Source: Eledone cirrhosa (lineage: Eukaryota). Taken from it: DNA of 64,000 nt. Positions 38,213 through 50,300 of this stretch are shown one piece after another. The notes beneath the pieces are model-generated. The model worked only from the letters and a program-made list of their open reading frames with translations, was not told the DNA's origin and ran no database searches. Within the stretch, counting starts at the first letter, position 1. Every line of letters starts with the position of its first letter. A program made the translations under genes and the position numbers. Where the stretch lies: assembly GCA_964016885.1 (NCBI GenBank), contig OZ024742.1, forward strand, positions 289,354,001-289,418,000, read 5' to 3'.

Positions 38213-38553
38213 GAAACACAATTTTATAATGAATATAGTTTATATATACATATAAATACAATTTATATAATTTATATGATTTACAAAAAAACCCCAACAA
38301 ATCAAGAGAATGGTATAGTTTATATATGGGGACTTACTATAATCACGAATATGGAGAAATTTAGTGATATAACTAATTTTCTCATTATTAAGCTGCTGTT
38401 GAACCCAACATAAAAATATGATGGCAAGTTTTTAGATGAATGTAAATATGTTAAAACAAACAATTGTGTATCAAATGGGTTTTTGTATCAGATGGTTTGG
38501 TATCAAATGGGTTTTTTGCCAATCATATATAAATTTAAAATAATAAAACTTAC

Positions 38554-38616
38554 CCTTGAATAGTGGAAATGGTGACATCTTTAGAGAATCACATGATGGT
38601 TCGTCGAGAAATGGGG
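38554..38616 (-). CDS. ANKRD26: ANKRD26-like exon; (P)PFLDEPSCDSLKMSPFPLFK(G)
   Basis: Acceptor TTTTTATATTACAG, donor G|GTAAGT. 63 nt, phase 1-1, open in the required frame. Confidence 0.75.
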
Positions 38617-38642
38617 CTGTAATATAAAAATATTATTTTAAT

Positions 38643-38828
38643 GTGGATTGGCAGTATTGGTAGAGGGTCGGACACCATGCTTTGACGCATAGAGTTACGG
38701 CCCTTGCCATTCTGAGTTCAAATCCCGCCGAGGTTAACTTTGCCTTTCATCCTTACGGGGTCGATAAAATAAAGTACCAGTAATGCACTGGGTAATTGCT
38801 GGCCTTGTGCCTAACGTAGAAACAATTA
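38643..38828 (+). mobile_element. tRNA-derived SINE (same family as 27198)
   Basis: Near-identical to 27198-27378; ATTATTTTAAT TSD. Confidence 0.85.
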
Positions 38829-38829
38829 T

Positions 38830-39892
38830 TTTAATATAACATAAATACTGTTGTAATATAACATACAATATTATTGTAATATAACATACAATATTACTGT
38901 AATATAATATACAATATTACTGTAATATAGCCTATAATATTACTGTAATATAGCATACAATATTCTTGTAATATAGCATAATTATTGTTGTAATATAACA
39001 TCATTCCATTTTATGTCCGCTTTTTCCCTGCTTGCAAGGGTGGGACGGGAACTGATTCTGGCTTGATTTCTACAGCTGGATGCCCTTCCTAACACCAACC
39101 TCATTTACAGTGAGTGCTGGGTGCTTTTTTGCCGCGGCACCTCCACGACCACTTTGCAGTGGAATGATATGGACCCCCAGTCCCTATCATCTCATTTCTA
39201 CAGCTGAGTAAACTGGAGCAATGTGAAATAAAGTGTCTTGCTCAAGGAAACAACACATCACCCGGTCTGAGAATTGAACTCACAACCTTTCGATTGCAAA
39301 GCCAATGCTCTAACCACTAAGCCATGTATATATATATATTTGTAGGAACGATCGACTTTCGTCAAATCGAACCGAGGAAACAATGTTTCCGTTGGTCTTT
39401 CCAATTGCTAATACTATCTATTGGTCGCAACTCCAGGTAGAAGGAGCAACGTGAAATAAAGTGTCTTGCTCAAGGACATAACGCATCGCCTTGGTCCAGG
39501 ACAATATTGCTATTATATAACATACAATATCACTGTAATATAATACACAGTATTATTGTAATATAACATACAATATTATTGTAATATAACATACAATATT
39601 ACTGTCACATAGCATATATATTACTGTAATATAACATACAATATAACTATAATAAAACATAATATTACTGTAGTATAGCATATATATTATTGTCATATAA
39701 CATATATATTGTTGTAATATAACATACAGTAAAACTGTAATATAACAATATTACTGTCACATAGCATATGTTACTGTAATATAACATACAATATTACTGT
39801 CATATAACATATAATATTACTGTAATGTAACATTACAGTATTACTGAAATATAACATACAATATTATTGTAATATAACATACAATATTACTA
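38830..39892. repeat. 23-bp minisatellite (AATATAACATACAATATTACTGT) interrupted by SINE/RTE-tail fragments at ~39001-39500
   Basis: Directly visible tandem units filling the intron. Confidence 0.9.
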
Positions 39893-39913
39893 TCCTTTAA
39901 ATAAATTCCTTAC

Positions 39914-40095
39914 GTGCTTCCAAATGTCTTTTAATGCTCCGATGCATCTCTTGTTTGAGTTTGTCATAGACTTCATTGTATTCCTGTGGGTTTCTACCAA
40001 TATCACTATTTGTAGAGTTCATGGTAGAGTTCAGTGGGTGCAGCTTTGGTATAGGGTTCACAATGGAGTTGTTTATATCAAGTGGTATTTTCTCC
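39914..40095 (-). CDS. ANKRD26: ANKRD26-like exon; EKIPLDINNSIVNP...YNEVYDKLKQEMHRSIKRHLEA
   Basis: Acceptor ATTTTAG, donor C|GTAAGG, phase 2-1. KLKQEMHRSIKRHLEA resembles ANKRD26 KMQQELEKNITRELKEA. Confidence 0.8.
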
Positions 40096-40909
40096 CTAAA
40101 ATATGTTAATACAAACATATCATCATCACTGTTTAACGTCCATTATATATATATGAAATTACTTCTCTCATAACCCCACCCAGCATTGAAAAAAAGTAAA
40201 CAAATACAACAAACTAGGACCCACCATACGAAATAAAATTACTCAGCTACAAATACATATTTAACACAATTAATTAATCATCTTAAACTAATCATTTAAT
40301 AATCTACCCTTGTTTGGCCAGGTTGTCACAGACCAAATTAGTACTTAATTGGAACTAATGTCCTCCTGAACTGCTACAGACCATTTCTTAAATACAAGTT
40401 TCAATTCTTGGCATGGTTTCTATTACTAGATGCCCTTCCTATCATCAACCACTTTACAGAATGTACTGGGTGCACTTTGTACACTCTACAACGTAGAATT
40501 TCTGGTGCCACAATAAAATACACCCAGTACACTCTGTAAAGTGGTCATGCTGGTGCCAGAATAAAATGAACCCAGTAGTTGACGTTAGGAAGGGTATCCA
40601 GCAATAGAAGCCCTGCCAAAAATGTAACATACGAGCAAGATGAAGTGCCTCTGACCTTTCTGGTCATGGACTGTGACAACCTATGTAGCCAATGCCTACA
40701 TGGAAAGTGAATGTTAAATGATGATGTGTGTATTTGTCTGTCATTGTGTATGCATGTGTGGGTCTGTGTATGTGTGGGTATGTCTATGTGTCTACATGTT
40801 TGTGTATGTGAGTGTGAGTGTCTGTGTATTTGCATGTGTGTGTGCATGAGCAGGTATGTGTGTGTTATTCAGTACAGACAACCAATGACTATATAAGGCC
40901 TTCACTGAC

Positions 40910-41097
40910 TGAAATCTGCCATTGAATGAAGTATATCTCCAGAGCGGGTCATATCCTCCATAGATGATTGGCTGTACACTTTGATAACGACTTATTTCTT
41001 TCAGATAAAGATCTCGGAAATGAACAGCTTCTTGTTCTTGCTGGCTTTTTGTAGATAATGCATTCTCATAATTTAACCTCATCTGGTTCAGTTCAGA
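40910..41097 (-). CDS. ANKRD26: ANKRD26-like exon; SELNQMRLNYENALSTKSQQEQEAVHFRDLYLKEISRYQ...NGRF(Q)
   Basis: (CT)n tract and CCAG acceptor, donor CA|GTCAGT, phase 0-2. SEL..M+...E...FRDLYLKE matches the DUF3496 pattern SELSK+K...ELEKYKQLYLEE. Confidence 0.8.
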
Positions 41098-41101
41098 CTG
41101 G

Positions 41102-41144
<43 letters not shown>

Positions 41145-41893
41145 ATAATTCATAAGGAATAGTTTTCAGCTGAGAGGTCAACGGCATCTAGCAGAACACA
41201 CACATTCATTCTCAACTACTTCACACTCTTTTAATGGCTTCAGTTATTAGACTGTGACCATGCTGGGGCACCACCGTGAAAAGATTTAGTCAAATATATT
41301 AACCCCAGTACATATTTTGTCAAGTACATATCTGATTCTGTAAAGTGGTTGTGTTGGTCTCACAATAAAATTCACCCCACCCCCTACACTTTGTAACATG
41401 GTAGTGCTAGTGCCATGATTAAATGCACCCAGCAGCCACTATGAAGAATAGAACATTGCACCTCTCAAATTCTGGCTGTGTGCTCTAAACCATTGAGCTA
41501 AGCACCCCTGACAACAACTACAATCTAAATAGAAAGCTAACAAGTTTGATGCAAACAACTGTTGTTGTAAGGCTCCGATTAGTTCAATAGTTAAGATTGC
41601 TCAGCTGGAATTTGAGAGAGATGGAGTTTGATTCTTTATAGTGGCTGCTGGTCACTTTCGCTTCATCTATAGAGGTATTTTAACTGATTATCTGAGCTCT
41701 CATTTATAGCAATGGACTATTGTTACAGTTATTTTCTGCATTTGAGATTTCTACATTTTCTAAGGATTTCAAATCTACCCAACGCTCCAATACTTTATTT
41801 TCAATATATCTATATCTTTATATATATATACACACTCACACAGACACACACACATATATATATATGTATATATATACAAACACACATATATAT

Positions 41894-41924
<31 letters not shown>

Positions 41925-42016
41925 CATACATATATATATGTATTATACATTTTACATTTTATATATATATAGAGAGTGAAAATGCTTGATATTATGTGTG
42001 TATGACACTATACACA

Positions 42017-42065
<49 letters not shown>

Positions 42066-42129
42066 TATATATATATATATATATAAAATTTTTAAGCTTG
42101 TTAAATCCCAACAAATTAAATATAACCTC

Positions 42130-42160
<31 letters not shown>

Positions 42161-42165
<5 letters not shown>

Positions 42166-42259
42166 GTCCCAAAAAGTGTATACTCACTTCAACAGCATTC
42201 TAATAAATATTGCCTGTACAGGTAATCAAAGTGTGTATACATTTTGGGGACACACACTG
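42161..42259. mobile_element. ~100-bp Tc1/mariner-type MITE in (TA)n
   Basis: Imperfect TIRs AGGGTGTCCCAAAAAGTGTATAC / GTATACATTTTGGGGACAC. Confidence 0.6.
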
Positions 42260-42577
42260 TGTGTATATATATATATGTCTGTATATTTATGTAATTATAT
42301 ATGTGTGTGTGGATGTGATTGTAGGCCCCCTTTGGTCATGAATGACCATGGGTTAGTACCTACAAAGTTGCCCTTTGAAGCACAAGCCTGAGCAAGGTGT
42401 TTTATGGAAGAGCATCAGGTGCCTGTGGATACCAGTTTTCTCTCTCCATGCCACCAATGTTGTCCATGGAAAAGGCAAATGTTGATACATCTTGGTACCA
42501 GTGACATCAAATCACAACTCATTTATCTGAAGCTGAGTGAACTAGAGCAATGTGAAATAAAGTGTCTTGCTCTAGGA

Positions 42578-42763
42578 AATAATTGTTTCTACTTTAGGCA
42601 CAAGGCCAGCAATTACCTAGTACATTACTGGTACTTTATTTTATCGATCCCGTAAGGATGAAAGGAAAAGTCAACCTTGGCAGGATTTGAACTCAGATCG
42701 TAAAGGGACGTAACTATGCTGGAAAGCATGGCGTCCGACCCTCTACCGATACTGCCAATCCAC
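42578..42763 (-). mobile_element. tRNA-derived SINE (same family as 27198) nested in another SINE
   Basis: Reverse complement of 27198-27378; abuts a CORE-like SINE at ~42320-42578. Confidence 0.85.
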
Positions 42764-42993
42764 TGCAATGCAATGTATATAGGACAAGCTTCCACATAGT
42801 TTCCATCTACCAAATTTCATGCACAGGGCCTTGGTCAATCGTAGCCTATAGAAGAAGATACTTGCACATGGTGCCACACAGTAGAATTGCCACCCAGAAC
42901 CCTATGGTTGCCAAGCAAACTCTATAACCACACAGCTATGCCTGTGCTAATATATAAATTATTTAATTAGTTGAATTATTAATTAGATCTCAC

Positions 42994-43161
42994 CTGTAAT
43001 TTATTCTTATCAACAGAAATTCTGTTGTCTTTTTCAGCCATCAGTTTCTCATATTGCTGATGCTGTTGTTCCAGAAAATTGTTCACTTCTTGCAGCTTTT
43101 TACTCAGTTCAATATTGAGTTGTTTGTCCAACTGAGGATGTCTTTGATACCTACTATCTAG
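42994..43161 (-). CDS. ANKRD26: ANKRD26-like exon (DUF3496-like); LDSRYQRHPQLDKQLNIELSKKLQEVNNFLEQQHQQYEKLMAEKDNRISVDKNKLQ
   Basis: Acceptor TGTTTCTAG, donor CAG|GTGAGA. 168 nt, phase 0-0. ELSKKLQEVNNFLEQQ matches ANKRD26 EIAEKLKEVNLFLQAQ. Not in the ORF track. Confidence 0.85.
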
Positions 43162-43510
43162 CTAGAAACACAATTGATATAAAATTGAGATATAATATAT
43201 GAGAGATAAAATTTCAGTTATAATAATGTTAATGTGGCATAATGTTCAACTGGAGATGTCTCTGGGATCTATCTATAAATATAACATATATATATATATT
43301 ACCATAACATATATCATAGTAATATATCTATATTACTGTAATATTGTTATGAGAGGATATCTCTGGTGACTATGATATAGCTAGAAATATAATTGATATG
43401 ATATTGATATATCATGTAAATATATTACAGTAATATACGTATAATAATGTGACATGTTTAGCTGAAGAATTCTCTGGTACCTACGATATATCTGGAAACA
43501 CAATTGATAT

Positions 43511-43922
43511 CATCATTATCATCATCATCACCATTTACATCCGCTAGCATGGGTTAGATTGGTTGTCCTGTTATGGGCAGTGCCCGGTTGGCTGACCTTG
43601 TCTTGCTCATACGGGAACTGATTTTGGCTTGATTTCTACAGCTGGATGTCCTTCCTAACACCAACCTCATTTACAGTGAGTGCTGAGTGCTTTTTTTCCA
43701 TGACGCCTACACGACCACTTTATAGTGTGGGCTGGGTGCTTTTTTTCCGTGGCACCTCCATGACTACTTTGCAGTGGGAGGGGGTGAGGGCATATTGTCT
43801 ATATGCTTCAGATTTGGCTTCTACCCATAGGAAGTTGGGTCTTCTGTATTACTGCGTGGCACCAGAGGTCATGCTCCTGCGTCATCGCCTTTGAGAAGTG
43901 CAATTGGGTAAGGTCAGCTTTT
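43511..43922 (-). mobile_element. RTE 3' end fragment (subfamily of 2803-3941)
   Basis: Collinear with 2803-3215, including the (CAT)n tail. Confidence 0.85.
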
Positions 43923-44687
43923 ATTGGTTACATAAGAGTAGTGGGATAGCAGGCAAACTAACAGGTAGGGAAAACTACGTATGCAGTAGATGTAGAGGGA
44001 AATTTGACAGTAGAAGTTGCAGTGATAGACACATTTCTCAAATGCAGATGGGTTCTATAGAAGTGGTTGATAGCTTCTGGTACCTAGGTGATCAGATTAG
44101 CATAGGAGGGGGGTGTTCCGAGGCCATAGTATCTAGAATAAGGACGGGTTGGAAGAAGTTTAGGGAGCTGCTTCCTCTGTTGACAAAGAACGGTTTCTCC
44201 CTGCGTATGAAAGGCCGGTTATATGATGCCTGTGTGAACTGCGCGATGCAGCATGGTAGTGAGACATGGACAGCAACTGCGGAGGATATGCAATGGCTGG
44301 AGAGAAATGAAGCAAGCATGCTCCGTTGGATGTGCAATGTCAATGTGCGTGAACGACCAAGCATAGAGTGTTGAGAGAGAAACTGTGTATGAGAGGGATA
44401 AATTATAGTGTGTGAGAGAGAAGACTGCGATGGTATGGACATGTGATACGCATGGAGGATGACCGATGGGTAAAGAAGTGTCAAGAAATGATAGTAGAAG
44501 GAAAGCGCAGTAGAGGAAGACCATGAAAATCATGGGTGGATGTGGTGAGAGCAGACCTCAGATCGCTGAAGCTCACGGAGGAGATAATGAAGGACCGTGA
44601 CAAGAGGAGAGATGTTGTGCTGAATAGGACCCATCCTACCCTTGCAAGCAGGGAAAAGTGGAAGTAAAATGATGATGATGATGATGA

Positions 44688-44688
<1 letters not shown>
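43923..44688 (+). mobile_element. 5'-truncated RTE LINE of a different subfamily
   Basis: WLHKSSGIAGKLTGRENYVCSRC, DSFWYLGD, GWKKFRELLPLL and HGSETW motifs; GCAAGCAGGGAAAAGTGGAAGTAAAA(TGA)n tail. Confidence 0.88.
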
Positions 44689-44696
<8 letters not shown>

Positions 44697-44720
<24 letters not shown>

Positions 44721-46303
44721 GAAATTATTGTGTAAAGTGCTCAGGTGCGCTACAACTCGTCAAAGGTGTATGTATAGTACATAGAATAATACACAAATGT
44801 CAGGGAAGTACATGTGTGTATGTGTTAGCTGTAGTGTTGGCTGATCTTGGGAAGCATGGAGGCCTTAAAGGATGCAGTGTCTCGACAGCTAACAACTGAT
44901 GCAGGTAGTTTGTTCCATGCTTCAGCAACTCTGAGCGTGAAAAAATGTTTCCGAAAGTCATGGGAACTGTGCTGTTTTCTTACTTTGTGGGCATGTCCAC
45001 GTGTGTTAGACACATGGAAATCAAAAAGGTACTCAGGGTTGTTGTTGGCAACATGGTTAACAATTTTGTGGGTGTTTACCAAGTCAGTTGCCAGGCGTCG
45101 GAGCTTCAATGTATCCATGCCCAGGGAAGCAAGGCGCTCAGAGTATGGTAGATGCCTGATGGAGGGTATTCGCTTGGTTGCACGTCTCTGAACACTTTCC
45201 AGGTGGTCAATGTTCTGAGCAAGATAGGGGTTCCAGACTGGTGATGCAAATTCTAAGTGTGGTCGCACCATAGCCATGTACAGTCTTAAATAGATATCTG
45301 GAGAGCGGCTGACAAAGGTCTTGCTGAGTGATGCTAAGACACCCTCGGTCCTCTTGACAATTTTAGAGATGTGCTTGGTCCAACGCAAATCGCTGCTGAC
45401 CGTAATGCCCAGGTCACGTTCACTAGAAGACTTCTTGATATTAGTGCTGTGGAGGGAGTATGTGGACGCTGGGTTTTTATTCCCAAAATGCATGGTGGTG
45501 CACTTGTCCACAGCTAGCTTGAGTTGCCAGTCTTAGATCCATTGTTGCATTGTGTCCAGGTCAGACTGCAAGCAAGATCTATAGTGTTCAGGATCTGTCC
45601 TTTTTATCTCAAGGTACAGCTTGATGTCGTCTGCGTACTTTAGTACTGTGGCATTCTTTAAGTTGGCATCTATGTCATTAATATATGCCAAAAACAAAAG
45701 GGGGCCAAGAACAGATCCCTGTGGTACACCAGATGACATCTCATATGGTGAGGAATGCTGTCCCAGAACCGTGACTACCTCTCTTCGACTGAGAATGAAG
45801 GACTTCAACCAGTTAAAAAGATCATCCTTCACACCCATTGCAGAGAGTTTTGCCATAAGCCTTTTGTGTGGCACAGAATTGAAGGCCTTCGCAAAGTCAA
45901 GGTAAACAACATACACCCATGAGCCGCCATCAGTGATCTGGATGATGTCCTCAAGAAACTCGATAAGTTGATCACAGCAGCTGGAGTTGGGGATAAATCC
46001 AAACTGCAAGGGCCGGATAAGACTGAGAGCTCCAGAAGTTCCAAAGTGTTTCTCTGACACAGGATTCCATCAGTTTGGCAATGCAACTAGTAAGACTGAC
46101 TGGACAATAGTTCTCGGGTGATGTGCGGTCACCCTTTTTGAACAGAGGAATGACACTGTCAGTTTTCCACTGTTGTGGAGTAGCACTGTTATTCAGACAG
46201 AATTGGAAGAAACATGATAACTGGTGCAGAAGGACGTACCCACCACGTTTAAGAAGCAGGTACGTAACACCATCAAGACCAGGAGAGGCATGGTTGCGTT
46301 TAT
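44697..46303 (-). mobile_element. 5'-truncated CR1 LINE (same family as 9196-12603)
   Basis: RT ORF pieces 45972-46343, 45533-46060 and 44825-45511 are nearly identical to the + copy; (ATT)n tail at 44697-44720. Confidence 0.93.
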
Positions 46304-46551
46304 AACCTAAATATATATATATATATATATGGTATGGTCCCACAACTCTTGATAGAGTCGTAGGAGCGCCGTATTAACATATGACATTTCTTGAGCAATT
46401 TAAGCCTGGTGGAGTCCATCCCGCTCTAGGCCTGAGTACAACAGATTTCTTCCAGAGAGAGGAAGAATCGACCCCAGTACTAGACTGATACTTTTTTTAT
46501 CAACCTCGAAAGGATGAAAGGCAAAGTTGACCTCGATATATATATATATAT

Positions 46552-47239
46552 AATATTATAATAAAATAACAGGAGGCTGGACTTGTGTAAATCCTTGAAA
46601 GGTTTACTATGATCATTTCAATGACCGGGTTCCGTATGAATCCGGTGATATCATCAGGTATTCGAAATATAATAAATGAATGTAACAGATAAAATCCATG
46701 GGGCTGAAAATCATAGACGCGAGGAAGACCGACCATCTAACATCTTCCACTTTAGCTGGTGAGGGGGCGATAGCTTATAATGTGCTACTAACCCCCCGGT
46801 CAAAGAGAAAAAAATGAAAAAAATACCTCTGTTAAGATATAGGTTCTTTAGAATAACATTTTTTGCGGCAATTCCTAGCCTGATTGTAGCATGACATTAA
46901 CGCTGACTTTTCTTCTTTCTTTCTGTCTTTCTTTCTCTTTGACCGGGAGGTTAGTAGCACATTATAAGCTATCGCCCCCTCACCAGATAGCCTTAAGTAG
47001 ACCGAATAGCCAGCACTTGAGGGCGACCGGCTAAAGTGGAAGATGTTAGATGGTCGGTCGTCCTCGGGTCTATGATTTTCAACCCCATGAATTTTATCTG
47101 TTACATTCATTTATTATATTTCGAATACCTGATGATATCACCGGATTCACACGGAACCCAGTCATTGAAATGATCATAGTATAATAAACCTTTCAAGGAT
47201 TTACACAAGTCCAGCCTCCTGTTATTTTATTATAATATT
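46552..47239. repeat. ~260-bp inverted repeat of a Penelope-type pLTR, each arm containing a hammerhead motif
   Basis: 46552-46810 is the reverse complement of 46931-47239, apart from a ~45-bp deletion in the left arm. Confidence 0.88.
47125..47182 (+). ncRNA. Hammerhead ribozyme motif with extended stem II
   Basis: AUAC-CUGAUGA-[UAUCACCGGAUUC-ACAC-GGAACCCAGUCAUU]-GAAA-UGAUC-AUA/GUAU: 4-bp stem I, palindromic stem III (AUGAUCAU), AUA triplet. A mirror copy lies on - at ~46604-46661. Confidence 0.55.
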
Positions 47240-47390
47240 TAACTCTGTACTTGCACCACCAACTACACAAACGAAGACGGTTGAGCTGCTTTACGTTAAG
47301 TACTCTCCATATTATTACATCTAGATTGACCTTACGGAATGACCAGCTCTATCCAGTGGTGAACCTTCAAACCTAAATATATATATATAT

Positions 47391-50300
47391 CATCATCATC
47401 ATCATCAACGTTTAACGTCTGTGTTCCACGCTTGCATGGGTTTGGACGGGGGTAGTCCCACTTGAGGCAAGAGTGATTGTCTTGCTCGCATAGGACTGTC
47501 TGGCAGGTTTTCTACAGTTGGATGCCCTTCCTAACACCAACCACATTTACAGTGTGGGTCTGGGAGGTTTTTACCGTGTTGCCTACACGGCCACATTACA
47601 GCGTGGACTGTGTGTTTTTTTGTCGTGACACCTACACGATCTCATTTGTTTCGGCCTGGATGGCGCGGCACCAACATAACTTTACATAGAACGGGGTGGT
47701 GTGGGGGTGGTGGCGGGACGGGGTGTATTTTGTTAGAGGTGCCTACTGGCAAGGCGGGTCTTCTCTGTTACTGAGTACCGCCAAAGGTCTCGGTCCAGTG
47801 ACATTGTCTTGGAGAGGTGTAAGTGTGTGAGGTCGGAGTTTATCAGCTCATCCCATGTTTTTCTAGGTCTGCCTATTCCGTGGCTACCGTCTATCTTTAT
47901 TGCCCTGCACTTTGTTATACAGCTATCGACTTTCATGCGCATCACGTGTCCATACCAACGCAGCCTTCTCTCGAGTAAACAACATCTGATCCCTCTTATC
48001 TCTAATTTTTTCCTTAGTTCGTTTATGCTTTGCCGTTCACGTATATTACTGTTACACATCCAGCGGAGCATGCAAGCTTCGTTCCTCTCTAGTCTGCGTA
48101 TATCCTCTGCACACAATGCCCAGGTCTCACTACCATGCAACATTGCTGTTCGTATGCAGGCATCGTACAACCTGCCTTTCATTTTTAGGGAGAACCCTTT
48201 AGCAGCTAATAGTGGTATAAGCTCTCTGAACTTTTTCCAACCAGTTCTGACTCTAGCTACAGTACTTTCAGAGCACCCTCCCCCACTGCTGATTTTATCG
48301 CCCAGGTAACGGAAGCTGTCCACTATTACTATAGAACCCTCTGCGCAATTGAAAGAGCTAGTATTTTGTGGGCACTTGCTGCTACTTATTGCACCAGAAC
48401 ACCGGCCACATGTAAAATCTATGTTCTTAGTTAGCTTACCTGTGATCCCACTACATCTTTTATGCACCCATACTTTGCATTTAGGACATAAAATGGAGTT
48501 TCTACCTACGCCTTTCCTACACACCGAGCACGACCATTTCCCAGAAGGGACCGCCGCCTTGTTTTCTTTCCTACAAACTAGAACTTTGGTCTTAGCCAGG
48601 TTAATTTTAAGTCCTTTTGACTCTAGGCCGTGCTTCCATGTTTGGAATTTCTTCTCTAGCTCGGCCATTGATTCCGCTATGAGTGTCAGGTCGTCTGCGT
48701 ATAGGAGTTCCCATGGGCAGCCTGTCTTGAACTCCTCTGTTATAGCCTGAAGGGCAATAATAAATAGTAGGGGGCTGAGAACAGAGCCCTGATGGACGCC
48801 AACTTTTACGCTAAACTCTTCACTATATTCGTTGTTAATTCTAACCTTGCTGACTGTTTCTTTATACATGGCTTGTATAGCCCTCACAAGCCATTCGTCA
48901 ACGCCTAGTTTTCTAAGAGCCCACCAGATAATGGAGCGGGGGACTCTGTCGAAGGCTTTCTCCAGGTCGACAAAAGCTAAGTAGAGGGGTTTACCTTTAG
49001 CTAGGTACTTCTCCTGTAGTTGTCGTACTATGAAAAGAGCGTCTGTGGTGCTTTTGCCTGACACAAACCCGAACTGCATTTCATCTAGGTCAATTCTCTC
49101 TCTGATTAGTTGCGCTATTACTTTTTCCGTGACCTTCATGACCTGGTCGATTAATTTAATGCCTCTATAGTTACTCCTATCTAGGGCGTCTCCTTTACCC
49201 TTATAACAGTTAACGATGATGCTGCTATGCCAGTCCTTCGGAACAACCCCATTCTGTACGACTTGGTTAACTATGCGGGTGACCATGGTGTGTCCCACCG
49301 TGCCAGATGCCTTCAGCATCTCAGCAACTATTTCCGAAGGCCCAGCCGCCTTACCCGTCTTCATATCCTTGATTGCCTTACTTATTATACTCCCCTCGAC
49401 TAACACTGCTGGTCCCTCTATCGGGTCGATATGGGGGAGACTGTCTTTCTCCCATTTATTCTCCTCATTTAGTAGCCTTTCATAGTGACACTTCCAAGCT
49501 ACCTTCTTATCAGTGTCGGTGATGGCAAGTATGCCATCATCGTTAAGTACACACTTCTCCCCGACAATATCACGGTTTTCCTTGACGCATTGCCTGGCAA
49601 TCCTGAACACCTCACGTTTTTGGTCATCGCGTTGTAGAACATGCTTGAACTTTCTTTCCTCAGCTTCCCTTCTTGCTAAGTACACTTCTCTCCTAGCTTC
49701 CCTCCTGGCCACTTGATAGTCTACTCTACTTCCCCCATCCCACCATACTTTCCAAGCCTGCTTTTTGGCCTTAATTGACCCCTCCACCCTACTGTTCCAC
49801 CACCAAGTTACTCTCCTCCTGCCTACAGGCCTGCTCCAGCCACAGACTTCGTCTGTCGCCAACAGCAGGTTTGCTTTCAGAAATTCCCACTGTCCCTCTA
49901 TATTGTCCGATTCTAGATGCTCTTCCTTACTGTCGAAAGCATCAAGTAATATGCTTTGAAATTTATTTCTGGCTGTGGGGTCCTTTAGTTTCCATATTTT
50001 CCTCCTGAGGATAGTCCTCTTCTGCTGTCGAGTACGTCTCGTCCTGACTATGAGGTCGCTAATTATCAGTCTATGTTGGGAGGTGCATTCTTCATGGGGG
50101 AGGGATTTAGTGTTTACAACAGACACTCTGTCACGTCTTCTGGTAAGGATATAATCTACCTGGCTTGTGTATTCCCCTGATCTATAGGTGATCAGGTGAT
50201 TGTCACGTTTTTTGAAGTTAGTGTTACAGATAGTTAGGTTATTTGCATCACAGAATTCCAGGATTCTGGAGCCTTCCTCATTTCTAGTACCAAACCCATA

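Noticed and set aside
46304-47390. AACCTAAATATATATATATAT direct repeat flanking the pLTR inverted repeat, as a possible TSD
   Set aside because: Only about 8 informative bases beyond (TA)n, so it cannot be distinguished from chance.
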